From the sequence record NC_048048.2: 64,000 nucleotides of DNA. The stretch is one strand, 5' to 3'. Numbering within the stretch: the stretch's first letter is position 1; each line of letters starts with the position of its first letter. Made by a program: the position numbers and the translations under genes. The notes below the pieces were generated by a model. The model searched no databases and was not told the origin of the DNA. It saw only the letters and a program-made list of their open reading frames with translations. Shown here in pieces: positions 1 through 9,067 of the stretch.

Positions 1-2
1 GC

Positions 3-764
3 AAGATCGGGGAATTTTTGTGGGATTACTATCCGTTGTCCTACTTTGTTGACAAGAAGATTCAGTTTGGATTTTTGGGTTTCGCCCTCACCTACCAACA
101 GGTGTCGTCTGCCGCAAATCCCGACAACATCGCCAGCAAGTTCAACTTCTACGATTTTCTGCCCCACGAGTCGCCTGAAGCCAAGGCCCGCGCGCCGCTC
201 GACCAGTTCGGTCGGCCGCAGATTAACGAGAGTGATTTTTACCGGCGCACCATCGTCTCGGTCGACACCGCCTCCAAGACCACCGAACGGGCCGACTACA
301 CCGTCGTCCAGGTCTGGCGCGAGGATTTCAAGGGCAAGCACTATCTCGTCCATCAGGATCGCCGGAAGGTTGAGTTCAACGATCTGATCTCGATGATCGA
401 GGCGCCGGCCATCAAGTACCGGGCCGATCAAATCCTTGTCGAGGACAAGGGCTCGGGCACCCAGTACCTCCAGAACCGGGGCTCGACCGACAACCAGAAG
501 CGTCAGGCCCCCTGCCCGCTGGTGGCGGTCAATCCGGGCGTGGCCGGCAAGAGCTTCCGCTTCGATGGGGTCACGCCGATGATCGAGGCCGGCGATGTCT
601 GGCTGCCCAAGGACGCCCCCTGGATCGAGCAGCTTCTGGTCGAGGTGGGCCAGTTCCCCGACAGCGCCCACGATGACCAAGTCGACGCCATGAGCCAGTA
701 CCTCAACCACGCCAAGAAGAACCGCACCCGTTACGGCAGCCGCAAGATCACCAAGCACACCTGA
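3..764 (+). CDS. terL: Terminase large subunit, C-terminal nuclease domain (5' truncated by window edge)
   Basis: Frame open from position 3; RNase H-like terminase motifs IVSVDTASK, ADYTVVQVW, ILVEDKGSG and HDDQVDAMSQ. Confidence 0.92.
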   Translation, partial: KIGEFLWDYYPLSYFVDKKIQFGFLGFALTYQQVSSAANPDNIASKFNFYDFLPHESPEAKARAPLDQFGRPQINESDFYRRTIVSVDTASKTTERADYTVVQVWREDFKGKHYLVHQDRRKVEFNDLISMIEAPAIKYRADQILVEDKGSGTQYLQNRGSTDNQKRQAPCPLVAVNPGVAGKSFRFDGVTPMIEAGDVWLPKDAPWIEQLLVEVGQFPDSAHDDQVDAMSQYLNHAKKNRTRYGSRKITKHT

Positions 765-1204
765 TGACCACCCTGGCTTACAAGGACGGCGTCCTGGCCG
801 CCGACACCCGCATCTGCGACGGCACCCTGATGCTGGGCGTCTTCACCAAGATCAGGCGCATCGGCCCGGTCTTGACGGCCGGCTGCGGCAACGCCCAGGA
901 CGTGGCCAAGTTCAACGCCTGGGTCAGCAGCGGGATGGAGGGCGAGTTCAGTATGGGCGAAAGCGAGTGCTGGCTGATCGCCCCCGGCCAGCCTGTCCTG
1001 ATCTACGAGAACGACACCTTCCTGCGCATCGACGCGCCGTTCTACGCCAGCGGCACGGGCGGCGAGATCGCCCGAGGCGCCATGGCGATGGGGGCCGACG
1101 CGGTCACGGCCGTGCGCCAAGCCATCCTCCACGACAGCGCCACAGGCCCGCCGATCGACGTCCTCTACCTGGACGGCCGCCCCGGCGAGCGGCTGGCGGC
1201 CTGA
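764..1204 (+). CDS. HslV/proteasome-beta-like Ntn hydrolase
   Basis: Starts MTT (Thr1 nucleophile), GVLAAD, TKI, ASGTG; stop/start overlap with terL; paralogue at 47538. Confidence 0.75.
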   Translation: MTTLAYKDGVLAADTRICDGTLMLGVFTKIRRIGPVLTAGCGNAQDVAKFNAWVSSGMEGEFSMGESECWLIAPGQPVLIYENDTFLRIDAPFYASGTGGEIARGAMAMGADAVTAVRQAILHDSATGPPIDVLYLDGRPGERLAA

Positions 1205-1380
1205 TCCGCCCAAGACCACGATCGGCGACATCTTCAGACAGTCGCCGATCGTCGACTTTGCCCCCTGTGGGGCGCGTTAACCATGTTTGTTTACCCTCTT
1301 TGGCCCGTTAACCTTAATAAAATCCCTGGTAGTACCAAGTAGGACCGGCACTACCAGCGGTAATACCGGAGAAAACGCCC

Positions 1381-1944
1381 GTGTTTCGCTACATCGCTGC
1401 CCTTTTCGACCACATCGTCCACTACAAGCTCGCCCCCGCCCACCTGAAGGTGGAGAACCAGGGCGCCCTGGAGCGGCTCCAGGCGGCCGATCGCCAGATC
1501 GAGGCCGGCGTCTATGCCGGCAGCGACGTGCGCGGCACCCGCGCCTACGCCTTCCACCACATCCCGCCGCGCGAGCGCCTGATCGCCGCCAACAAGGGCC
1601 GCGACGTCACCAGCCTCACCCCGCGCCGCGAGCGTCGCCTGTCGGTGGCCGGCAAGAAGCCCTGGGAGCCGCTGCTGGTCACCGAGCCGCCGCGTGATCC
1701 CGAGGAACTGGCGCGCGAGCGCGAGGATGAGGCCCGTGCCCTGCGCGACAGCGCCGAGCATCTGGCCAAGCGCGCGGCCACGCGTCTGGCGCGCCAGCGG
1801 ATGCGCGAACGCTACGCGCCTTATCGCAGCGCGGGTCAGGAGGTGCTGAGCAACGTCGGCCTGGACGCCACCTGGGTGCGGGCTGGCTATCAGCAGGCCA
1901 TCGACGACGCCCATCCGATCGCCGAGACCCCGGACGAAGTCTAG
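1381..1944 (+). CDS. Hypothetical protein (187 aa)
   Basis: GGAGA RBS, GTG start, phage-like codon usage; GTTAACCAT (1276) and TTAACCTTAA (1308) upstream. Confidence 0.75.
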   Translation: MFRYIAALFDHIVHYKLAPAHLKVENQGALERLQAADRQIEAGVYAGSDVRGTRAYAFHHIPPRERLIAANKGRDVTSLTPRRERRLSVAGKKPWEPLLVTEPPRDPEELAREREDEARALRDSAEHLAKRAATRLARQRMRERYAPYRSAGQEVLSNVGLDATWVRAGYQQAIDDAHPIAETPDEV

Positions 1945-2043
1945 GGACCCTCGTCCCAACCGCTCGGGGACCCGGCCGGAAAAAGGCCAGGGACCCTGGC
2001 GGAAAAACCTCCAGGGACCCTGCGCCAGACGAGCCAGGGACCC
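1944..2043. repeat. Five GGGACCC repeats at 23-24 bp period
   Basis: GGGACCC at 1944, 1967, 1990, 2014, 2037; the last three lie in a CCAGGG-A-CCCTG(G) dyad. Confidence 0.85.
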
Positions 2044-2084
2044 TGGCCAAAATCGCTTCCAACCCAGACGGAAATTCGTAAGCC

Positions 2085-2231
2085 ATGCCCCACGACCTCC
2101 TCGCCCTCGTCTATTTCACCCTGGCCAGCCTCCTGGCGCTCGCCATCCTCTTTGGCGAACTCGACTGGGATATCGACGGCCGCCGGGGCAGCCTCAAAGG
2201 CCCGCTCGCCCCGCCCGGTCCTAGTTCATAG
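2085..2231 (+). CDS. Small membrane protein (48 aa)
   Basis: Manually translated MPHDLLALVYFTLASLLALAILFGELDW...; one hydrophobic helix; below the ORF-track cut-off. Confidence 0.5.
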   Translation: MPHDLLALVYFTLASLLALAILFGELDWDIDGRRGSLKGPLAPPGPSS

Positions 2232-2871
2232 TTTTCGTGACAACATTTGATTTCATTGGGCTTTTTGGCCTGCTGTCACGATTCAAAAGGTTTCACGCGT
2301 GCCCCGAGCCCTGCAAATCCACCCAAAATGGGCGATTTTGATCGATCTCGGGCTCTGGCTGATCGTCAGGATCATCGCATTGGTCCACAATGCGAGGCCG
2401 GAGGCCGGTGCGCCACCCACCAAAGCGTGAGACATGTCAAGCCCCCTGGCTTGGCGTGTCATAGTTTGTCCGAAAGGTGACAGGGCGGGCGCAAAAGAAA
2501 TCCGGTTGACTCCGCAAACCCAGGCCAGACTTGACGTTGCGCCATTCTCCGCAGGTCTTGCGGCGATTGCCCAGGCTATTCTCCGCACGTGTCCGCAAAA
2601 CCGCCTATGTGACGCCCTGCTTGACACGGCGGGGGCGCTGTGACACACAAAAGGCTCGGGCGTGCGCTCGGATGGAAAGCCCCGCTGTCGGCTTCACGCC
2701 AAGGCCTGGGTGGACCACCAGCGCTAGACCTGCCCGCCGGCGCCCTCGACCCCATGCGATCGCCGGCGGGACCCCACCGCCTTGGCCTGCCACACCCGGC
2801 GAGGACCCAGGGCGAGAAACGCCCACCAGAGCCCGCCGCCCTGGTGGGCGTTTTGGTGTCCGGGCCTGGAC

Positions 2872-3054
2872 TTGACGTCGGCCCATTTCGCCGCCGACTT
2901 GACGCCGGATCATTTGCCCGGCCGACTTGACGCCAGCGCATTTCCCCCAGACTTGACGCGAACGCATTTCGAATTTGACGCGAGCGCGTTTCCTTCCCAA
3001 ATTTGACGCGAGTCCATTTCAAACTTGACTTGACGTCATTTCATTTCCTTGACC
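2872..3054. repeat. Tandem TTGAC(G)..CATTTC array
   Basis: TTGAC at 2872, 2899, 2927, 2953, 2975, 3003, 3025, 3030, 3049, mostly followed by CATTT(C). Confidence 0.85.
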
Positions 3055-3079
3055 TGACGCCGTTCCGTTCCGCCGGGCC

Positions 3080-3305
3080 TTAAGGTTAACGGCGGATTAA
3101 CCATACGGCGAGTAAGGTTAATTTTCAAGGTTAACGGGTAGGATGAACGAACGTGGTTAACGGGCCTTAAGGTTAAATCTTAAGGTTAACAGGCGTTAAG
3201 GTTAACGCTTAGGGTGAAAAATTAAGGTTAACGCGCCCGGCCGGACCGCCCAGGCCCTACCGGCGCCGTTAAGGTTAACGCCAGGGGTCGAATCGTTAAG
3301 GTTAA
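3080..3305. repeat. Dense TTAAGGTTAA cluster
   Basis: Perfect 10-mers at 3080, 3167, 3180, 3196, 3222, 3269, 3296 plus partial copies, all in one orientation. Confidence 0.85.
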
Positions 3306-3310
3306 CACCC

Positions 3311-3427
3311 AAAAACAGCGAAAATCAGCAAAAATCGTCCAAAAACAGTGAAAATCAGCGAAAAATAGCGCTTTTCAGCCTGAAAATCGCAAAAAATCCG
3401 TGTTTTGGCCCATTTTTGGGTCATTTT
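3311..3427. repeat. Phased A/T tracts (intrinsically curved DNA)
   Basis: 12 A4-6/T4-5 tracts starting 3311, 3321, 3330, 3341, 3351, 3361, 3372, 3383, 3391, 3403, 3413, 3424 (about 10.3 bp period). Confidence 0.85.
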
Positions 3428-3496
3428 CGCGCTCTGACCCGCTTCTGGGCCAGCCCGAACGGGCGCCGGCCGGGTCGTGATCCCCCGGCCGGTGGG

Positions 3497-3607
3497 TCAG
3501 TGGAGAATCCAGAGCAACAGCGCCAGAGCCGCCAGTGACCAGCCGTTCAGCAATTTCAGGTGTGCGCCTCTCTCGTCTGCCGTGGCCGCTCGCCACGCTT
3601 CCTTCAT
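3497..3607 (-). CDS. Hydrophobic micropeptide, family copy 3 (36 aa from ATG or 20 aa from CTG at 3559)
   Basis: C-terminal LKLLNGWSLAALALLLWILH* aligns with the 20-aa peptides at 13822 and 17561. Confidence 0.55.
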   Translation of the reverse strand: MKEAWRAATADERGAHLKLLNGWSLAALALLLWILH

Positions 3608-3702
3608 CGCATACAAGAAAACTGTTGCCAAGCCCCAAAGATCGCTTGACAGCATAAAAGCCCAATGCGACAAGGGGACATCCAAACGGGAGACACCCCC
3701 CA

Positions 3703-4275
3703 ATGACCACCGAAACCCTCGACCTCCTCTATCCGGTCCTGATGCTGGAGCAGAAGATTCCCCACCGCGAAGGCATGTTGCGGCTGGCCATCGTCCTGCG
3801 CGACTTCGGCCCCAAGGCGCCCCATCGCTACGTCACCCACCTGCGGGCTGAAAACCCCGTGCCGGGCTCTGACCACGCCTTCACCTACAGCTATGAGCAT
3901 GGCACCTATTCGGCCGACCTGCGCCGCGCCCTGGCCGTCTATTTCGAGCGCGTCACCGAGCGGGTCATGACCGCCATGGTCGTGCTCCACGACCTGCCCG
4001 AGGTCGCGCCGCCGGCGCCGACCGTCACCGTGCCGCTCGAACTGGCCCAGACCGCCTATGGCCTGATCGATGACAACGAACTGGACCTCTCCAAGGCCTG
4101 CGGCAACGTCACCTTGGTCGAGGCCGCCATTACCGGTCTGGCCGCCGTCCTGGGACCGCGCCGCTACTTCCGCGATGTCGAGGAAGGCAACGCCAAGCTT
4201 CTGGAGGCCTTCGAAGCCCAGCAAGCCGCGCGTGACGCGGCCCTAGAAGCCGAATCCGAAGAGGAAGAGGCCTAA
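3703..4275 (+). CDS. Hypothetical protein (cassette gene)
   Basis: Follows promoter 3646 and GGGAGACACCCC leader/RBS. Confidence 0.85.
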   Translation: MTTETLDLLYPVLMLEQKIPHREGMLRLAIVLRDFGPKAPHRYVTHLRAENPVPGSDHAFTYSYEHGTYSADLRRALAVYFERVTERVMTAMVVLHDLPEVAPPAPTVTVPLELAQTAYGLIDDNELDLSKACGNVTLVEAAITGLAAVLGPRRYFRDVEEGNAKLLEAFEAQQAARDAALEAESEEEEA

Positions 4276-4445
4276 AAAGCCCGCCCAGGCCTCCCCGGCC
4301 TGGGCGTGAGCCCTCCAGGGGCCGTTAAGGTTAACGCCAGGGGCCGGGACGTTAAGGTTAAGGCCGAAAATAGTGCGAGAAACCTGTTGACACGCATTGC
4401 GGCCCTATGCGAGAACAAGGCTCCACTTCATGAGGAGCGCCAAGC

Positions 4446-5072
4446 ATGGCCCTGCCCGATCACTTCCTGGTTTCCGTCGACGGCTCGCTCTATGACACGC
4501 GGGTGCAAGGCTGGAACCAAGCCGCGCCGCTGCGGATCAATTACCGGATCGTCAATCGCGACATCCACGGCATGAGCGAGGTCAAGGCCGCCTTGCGCTG
4601 CGGCGCCTTTACCGACATCGGCGGCTATCCGCTGTATTTCGTCACGCAGGACGGCCGCGCCCTGTCCTTCGACAGCGCCCGCAAGATGCTCTATCAGATC
4701 GCCGACGATTTCCAGCATGGCGCCTCGACCGGCTGGCGGATCACCGGCGCCCTCATCAACTACGAGGATCACGACCTCGTCTGCGATCACAGCGGCGAGA
4801 AGATTCCGGCCGCCTATGATCCGGTGCAATGGGCCGCAGGCTGCAATGTCTCGGGCTTCATGCCCGACAGCGAGCCTTCCCACCATGCGACCTGGGAAGA
4901 GGCCAAGGAAGACTTGCGCGCCCAGGTCGAACTGGCGCGCGAGCCCTACGAGATCGGTTCGGACGAGGACGACGCCCTAGCCCGCGTCGCCCGCGCCCTG
5001 GAGGCCCTTAAGGAAGGCCAAGAGCTTAACATGGGCGCCATCGGCTATCGCTGGTGGGTCGAACGCCTGTAA
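4446..5072 (+). CDS. Hypothetical protein, conserved phage family (GGYPLYFVT..DG / INYED.DL.CDH)
   Basis: Follows promoter 4387; GAGGAG RBS. Confidence 0.85.
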   Translation: MALPDHFLVSVDGSLYDTRVQGWNQAAPLRINYRIVNRDIHGMSEVKAALRCGAFTDIGGYPLYFVTQDGRALSFDSARKMLYQIADDFQHGASTGWRITGALINYEDHDLVCDHSGEKIPAAYDPVQWAAGCNVSGFMPDSEPSHHATWEEAKEDLRAQVELAREPYEIGSDEDDALARVARALEALKEGQELNMGAIGYRWWVERL

Positions 5073-5093
5073 ACCAAGGAAAGGACCCCTTCC

Positions 5094-5240
5094 ATGTTCA
5101 TTCTCATCGTCGGCAATCCCAGCGACGGCTTCACTTATTACGGCCCCTTCGACGAGCATGACGACGCCGTCACCTATGCCGAGGCGACCGGCACCGAGGG
5201 CAACCCCTGGTGGGTCGCGCCCCTGGAAGCGGCGGACTAG
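5094..5240 (+). CDS. Small hypothetical protein (48 aa)
   Basis: AAGGA RBS; MFILIVGNPSDGFTYYGPFDEHDDAV...; manually translated. Confidence 0.7.
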   Translation: MFILIVGNPSDGFTYYGPFDEHDDAVTYAEATGTEGNPWWVAPLEAAD

Positions 5241-5246
5241 CCCGTC

Positions 5247-5381
5247 ATGACCGCTCTCGAAAAGCGCGGCTACAAGGCCGCCCAGGCGGGCGTCAAGTGG
5301 TGGAACAACCCCCACCCCAGCGGCTCCCCGGCCGCCTATCAGTGGGACAAGGGCCACACCCGCCACCGCCTCGGACGCTAG
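5247..5381 (+). CDS. Rmf/CrpP-fold-like small protein (44 aa)
   Basis: MTALEKRGYKAAQAGVKWWNNPHPSGSPAAYQWDKGH; the RGYxA..G....NP.......W..G pattern resembles Rmf RGYQAG...CPY...WLGGW. Confidence 0.5.
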   Translation: MTALEKRGYKAAQAGVKWWNNPHPSGSPAAYQWDKGHTRHRLGR

Positions 5382-5384
5382 CCG

Positions 5385-5410
5385 AGCCCAGGCCTTCGCG
5401 CCTGGGCTTT
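5385..5410 (+). terminator. Intrinsic terminator
   Basis: AGCCCAGGC/GCCTGGGCT stem followed by a short T run. Confidence 0.55.
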
Positions 5411-5560
5411 GCCCGCCCCCTGGGCGTTAAGGTTAAGGCCGAAAATAGTTCAAGAAACCTGTTGACACGCATCAGGCTCCCATGCGAGAACAGGATCAGA
5501 CGAAACGACAAGACCACAAAGGAGGCCGCCATGAAGTAGCGACAATCTGGAGCACAACTC

Positions 5561-5947
5561 ATGGAATTCTTCGTCCGCACCACGCTGGTCAGCATCGCCC
5601 GCCACTGGGAGGACGGCGCCGACGTGATCGCCACCTGCTATTGCGTCTGTGTCGAGTACCCGGACGGCGCCCGCTATGTCCACGACTATCAGCCGGTCGA
5701 CCGCTATGTCAGCGCCGACGACGAAGGCGAGCCCATCTATCCCTGGCGGGACGGCGAGGCCATCAAGGCCAAGCTGGACGCCTTGCGCGATGAGATCGCC
5801 GCCCACGTCGCCGCTGGCGGGAGCCTCGATCCTGGCCACTGGTTCGAGGTCGATCCGCGCTACGGCTCCCCGGCCTATATGGGCCTGGACGCCTTCGGGT
5901 TCTTCCGGGCGCGCGAAAAGCAAGAGGCCGCCGAGCGCGGCGACTGA
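5561..5947 (+). CDS. Hypothetical protein
   Basis: GGAG RBS, downstream of promoter 5462. Confidence 0.8.
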   Translation: MEFFVRTTLVSIARHWEDGADVIATCYCVCVEYPDGARYVHDYQPVDRYVSADDEGEPIYPWRDGEAIKAKLDALRDEIAAHVAAGGSLDPGHWFEVDPRYGSPAYMGLDAFGFFRAREKQEAAERGD

Positions 5948-5952
5948 CACCC

Positions 5953-5982
5953 AAAAGGCCCGCCCATCCGGCGGGCCTTTTT
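5953..5982 (+). terminator. Intrinsic terminator (possibly bidirectional)
   Basis: AAAAGGCCCGCC-CATCC-GGCGGGCCTTTTT. Confidence 0.85.
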
Positions 5983-6129
5983 CCTTGACCACCGCCTGGG
6001 GTTAACCTTAAGGCCGCGTTAAGGTTAAGCCCGCCCAGGCCCGTAAAAAGATGCAAGAAACCTGTTGACACGCATGGAAGGCCTATGCGAGAACAGGGCT
6101 CAACACCAACGCCAGCCGGGAGACACCCC

Positions 6130-6720
6130 ATGGCCCTCGTCACCGAATCCTTTGTCGTCGATCTGGCCTGCGGGCGCGCCCTGACCAACGGCGAGCGCCG
6201 CATGGTCGCCGCCGTGATCGACTCGCTTCTCGACCCGCATTTCAAGTCGACCGCCTGGGTCAAGGGCGGCGACCATCGCGAGGCCGTCCACTACTGCGAC
6301 CGCGTGACGCCCTACAGCCTGCACGGCGAGAACGCCAACGCCGCGCGCGTGCGCACCGAGGCCCTGACCACCCGCGACCATGACGCCCCCGTCCTGCTGT
6401 CGCTGTCGGTCGGCGACACCATCGGCGAAATCGCCCGCTTCTACACCATCGCCGCCGCTGTCGAATATCTCGACGGCAACCCCGATATCGATCCGACCTC
6501 GCTGCACATGGGCGCCTACACCATTGACGCCCCGTTCGGCGTGGCCAATGACATCGAGGCTGACAAGCTCCTCTATGACCTGGGCTATCGCCTGCACGCC
6601 ATGGCCGGCGGGTCCTGGACCTACAGCGATCCGCAGGGCCGCCTGTGGGACGGCGGCGGCAAGCGCGAAGCCGTGGTCATGATCGCTCTGAAGCAAGCCG
6701 CCGACGCTGAAGAGGCCTAA
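6130..6720 (+). CDS. Hypothetical protein
   Basis: Start reassigned to the ATG after GGGAGACACCCC; the ORF-track start at 6085 is the promoter ATG. Confidence 0.85.
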   Translation: MALVTESFVVDLACGRALTNGERRMVAAVIDSLLDPHFKSTAWVKGGDHREAVHYCDRVTPYSLHGENANAARVRTEALTTRDHDAPVLLSLSVGDTIGEIARFYTIAAAVEYLDGNPDIDPTSLHMGAYTIDAPFGVANDIEADKLLYDLGYRLHAMAGGSWTYSDPQGRLWDGGGKREAVVMIALKQAADAEEA

Positions 6721-6725
6721 GGCCC

Positions 6726-7049
6726 GTGAAGCGCCGTCACGCCCTCTTCCTGTCGGTGATCGCTTCGGCGCCCGACGTGGTGATCCTGCAAGCTCCGGCG
6801 CACTTCCTGCGCTGGAGCGACCACCGCAAGGCCATCCTGGCGTTCATGCGCCAGACCTACGGCGTCAAGGCCGCCGACGTTCACGCCGTCGAAGGCGTCG
6901 CCGGCTATGCCGAACCCGACCCGACCGACGACCCCGCCGTCCTGGCGCGCTTTCAAGCCGCCTTCGCCGGGTCTGACAACTTCCCCAAGGTCGCCCTGGC
7001 GGCCTGGGACGGGCAGGCCTATCGGCTGGTCCGCCGGCCTCTGGCGTGA
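6726..7049 (+). CDS. Hypothetical protein
   Basis: GTG start directly after the upstream gene. Confidence 0.7.
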   Translation: MKRRHALFLSVIASAPDVVILQAPAHFLRWSDHRKAILAFMRQTYGVKAADVHAVEGVAGYAEPDPTDDPAVLARFQAAFAGSDNFPKVALAAWDGQAYRLVRRPLA

Positions 7050-7173
7050 GGCCGCCACCGCCCAGGCTTAACCTTAACGTGGCGTTAAGGTTAAGGCCGA
7101 AAATAGTTCAAGAAAGCTGTTGACAGCATAGGAGGCTTATGCGAGAAAGGCTCATCGAAACGGGAGACACCCC

Positions 7174-7689
7174 ATGGACGACACCTATCCGCCCCTGACC
7201 CCCGGCCAGCAAGCCGCCCTGGTCGCCTTCGCCGACCAGCATGGCGGCCTGGGCGAGGCCTGGAAAGAGGCCCTGAGCGACGCCTGGAGGACGTGCAGCG
7301 AGCCCGATGCGCTCAAGGCCGACCTGCGGACCATCCGCAACACCTATGGCCCCTCCTGGCTCTATGACGAATACGCCTGGGGCTGGCGCCCGACCCTTCC
7401 CGACTGGGAGCGCGCCGGCCGCTGGACCGACACCCCGCCGCAGCCGACGCCGGGCAAGGCTCGCTGGAGCGCCGCCTTCGACCCGCCGGCCATCGGCGAC
7501 CGGGTGCGCGTGACCACCAACGGCCTGGGCTGGGCGCGGGTCACCGGCTACTTCGTCGAAGCCGACTGGCTGGGCGTGATTGTCAAGCTGGAGGCCCCGG
7601 CCGACTGGTATGTCAAACAGAACGGCGGCAACGTCCCCGGCCACAGCTTCGGGACCGAGATCGCCCTGACCGACCCCGCGACCGACTGA
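7174..7689 (+). CDS. Hypothetical protein
   Basis: Promoter 7120 plus GGGAGACACCCC leader. Confidence 0.85.
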   Translation: MDDTYPPLTPGQQAALVAFADQHGGLGEAWKEALSDAWRTCSEPDALKADLRTIRNTYGPSWLYDEYAWGWRPTLPDWERAGRWTDTPPQPTPGKARWSAAFDPPAIGDRVRVTTNGLGWARVTGYFVEADWLGVIVKLEAPADWYVKQNGGNVPGHSFGTEIALTDPATD

Positions 7690-7869
7690 CCTGGACGGCC
7701 CTGGCTGGGAGACCAGCCGGGGCGAGGCCTAACCCGGCGCGGTTAACCTTAACCGCCCATTAAGGTTAACCGCCGGCGCCCTGGGGCGGGCGAAAGAAAA
7801 TGCAAGAAAACTGTTGACACGCATCTGAGGGCTATGCGAGAAAGGGCCATCGAACAACGGAGGCCCCTC

Positions 7870-8712
7870 ATGGCCAAGCTATTCAGCGACCTTCAGGACC
7901 TTGCCAACTCGACCTATGTCGTGCGCATCGTCGACAATGGCGGCCAGAGCGCCGACCGCTACACGATCGTCACCGCCGATGGCGACTATTACGCCTACAG
8001 CGCCAATCCCGCCCATCCCCAAGGCGTGGGCCTGAGCGGCGAGGGCATCGACCCGCAAGTGCTGGTCGACTGGGTGGAGCGCGGCGAAGCCGTCGACCTG
8101 ACCATCGGCGAGCTACCCGAGGCCGCCGCCCGCTGTCTGCTGGCGTCGATCAACGCCAGCGTCGAGGACTTCCTGTCGGCTGTCGAGGACCCGACCAGCA
8201 ACGCCGTGGCCCCGACCCGCGAAAAGGCGGAGATCAATGACGGCGTGATGGATTGCTTCGGCAAGGGCATCTATCGCGTGGGCGAGGGTTTCGCCGTGCG
8301 CATGGATGGCCTGGACGCGGGCGATGATCGCGGCCCCTTCATGAGCGCTGTCGAGGCGGTCAAGGCCACCCTCCCCGATGAATACGCCTGGGCTGGCGAG
8401 GAATACCTGTCGCCGCGCGACATGACCAAGATCACGCCCGAAGCCAAGCCGCTCGTTCTGGTCCACGCCCTGGAGGCCATTCGCGACTATGAATATCAGC
8501 GCGACAACCCCGGCTCGTTCTTCGACGGGCTGAACGAGGACGACACTGACGCGGGCCTGGGCATCGTGCGCCGCACGCGCTACCTGTCCAAGGTCACCGA
8601 TGATGCGACCATCGTCGGGCTGATCGGCGAGGCGCCGGCCTTCGCCCTGGCCCATGAATGTCTCGACCAACTGTGGACCCTGGCGCAAGAGCGGTGGGAG
8701 GCGGGCCAGTGA
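7870..8712 (+). CDS. Hypothetical protein (acidic)
   Basis: Promoter 7814, GGAGG RBS; start reassigned to MAKLF. Confidence 0.85.
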   Translation: MAKLFSDLQDLANSTYVVRIVDNGGQSADRYTIVTADGDYYAYSANPAHPQGVGLSGEGIDPQVLVDWVERGEAVDLTIGELPEAAARCLLASINASVEDFLSAVEDPTSNAVAPTREKAEINDGVMDCFGKGIYRVGEGFAVRMDGLDAGDDRGPFMSAVEAVKATLPDEYAWAGEEYLSPRDMTKITPEAKPLVLVHALEAIRDYEYQRDNPGSFFDGLNEDDTDAGLGIVRRTRYLSKVTDDATIVGLIGEAPAFALAHECLDQLWTLAQERWEAGQ

Positions 8713-8912
8713 GCGCCCGCGAACGCCGCGCCCTCTCCGAACTGCTGGCCCTGTTCCACGCGGTCAACAGCGGCCACGTCAAGGGCCGCAACCCCTACGC
8801 CTTCCCGGCCGTCAAGCTCGCCAACGAGGTATTGACGGGCGACCCGCTGGACGGGGTTTCCACGTCGCCGAAGCCCTGGACCGGCATCGCGAGGCGGACG
8901 GCAAGGCCTTGA
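8709..8912 (+). CDS. Small hypothetical protein
   Basis: GTGA overlap with the upstream stop. Confidence 0.6.
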   Translation: MSARERRALSELLALFHAVNSGHVKGRNPYAFPAVKLANEVLTGDPLDGVSTSPKPWTGIARRTARP

Positions 8913-9067
8913 TTTTCGAGGTCGGCGGTTGCCCGGACGGCTGCTTGCTGTCCTACAGCGGCGCGGTTCCGCGCTGCGTCAACTGCGACACCGAATATCC
9001 CGAAGAAAACGGTTGACAGCATAAGGGAGCTATGCGAGAAAGGGTCATCAACGGAGACACCCCGCCC

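Noticed and set aside
2247-3022. Several overlapping ORFs in the left non-coding block
   Set aside because: Arg/Pro/Gly-rich, no RBS, run through repeat arrays and have atypical codon usage.
1944-3305. CRISPR array interpretation of the short-period repeats
   Set aside because: Repeat cores are only 7-13 bp with short or irregular spacers, and no cas gene is present.
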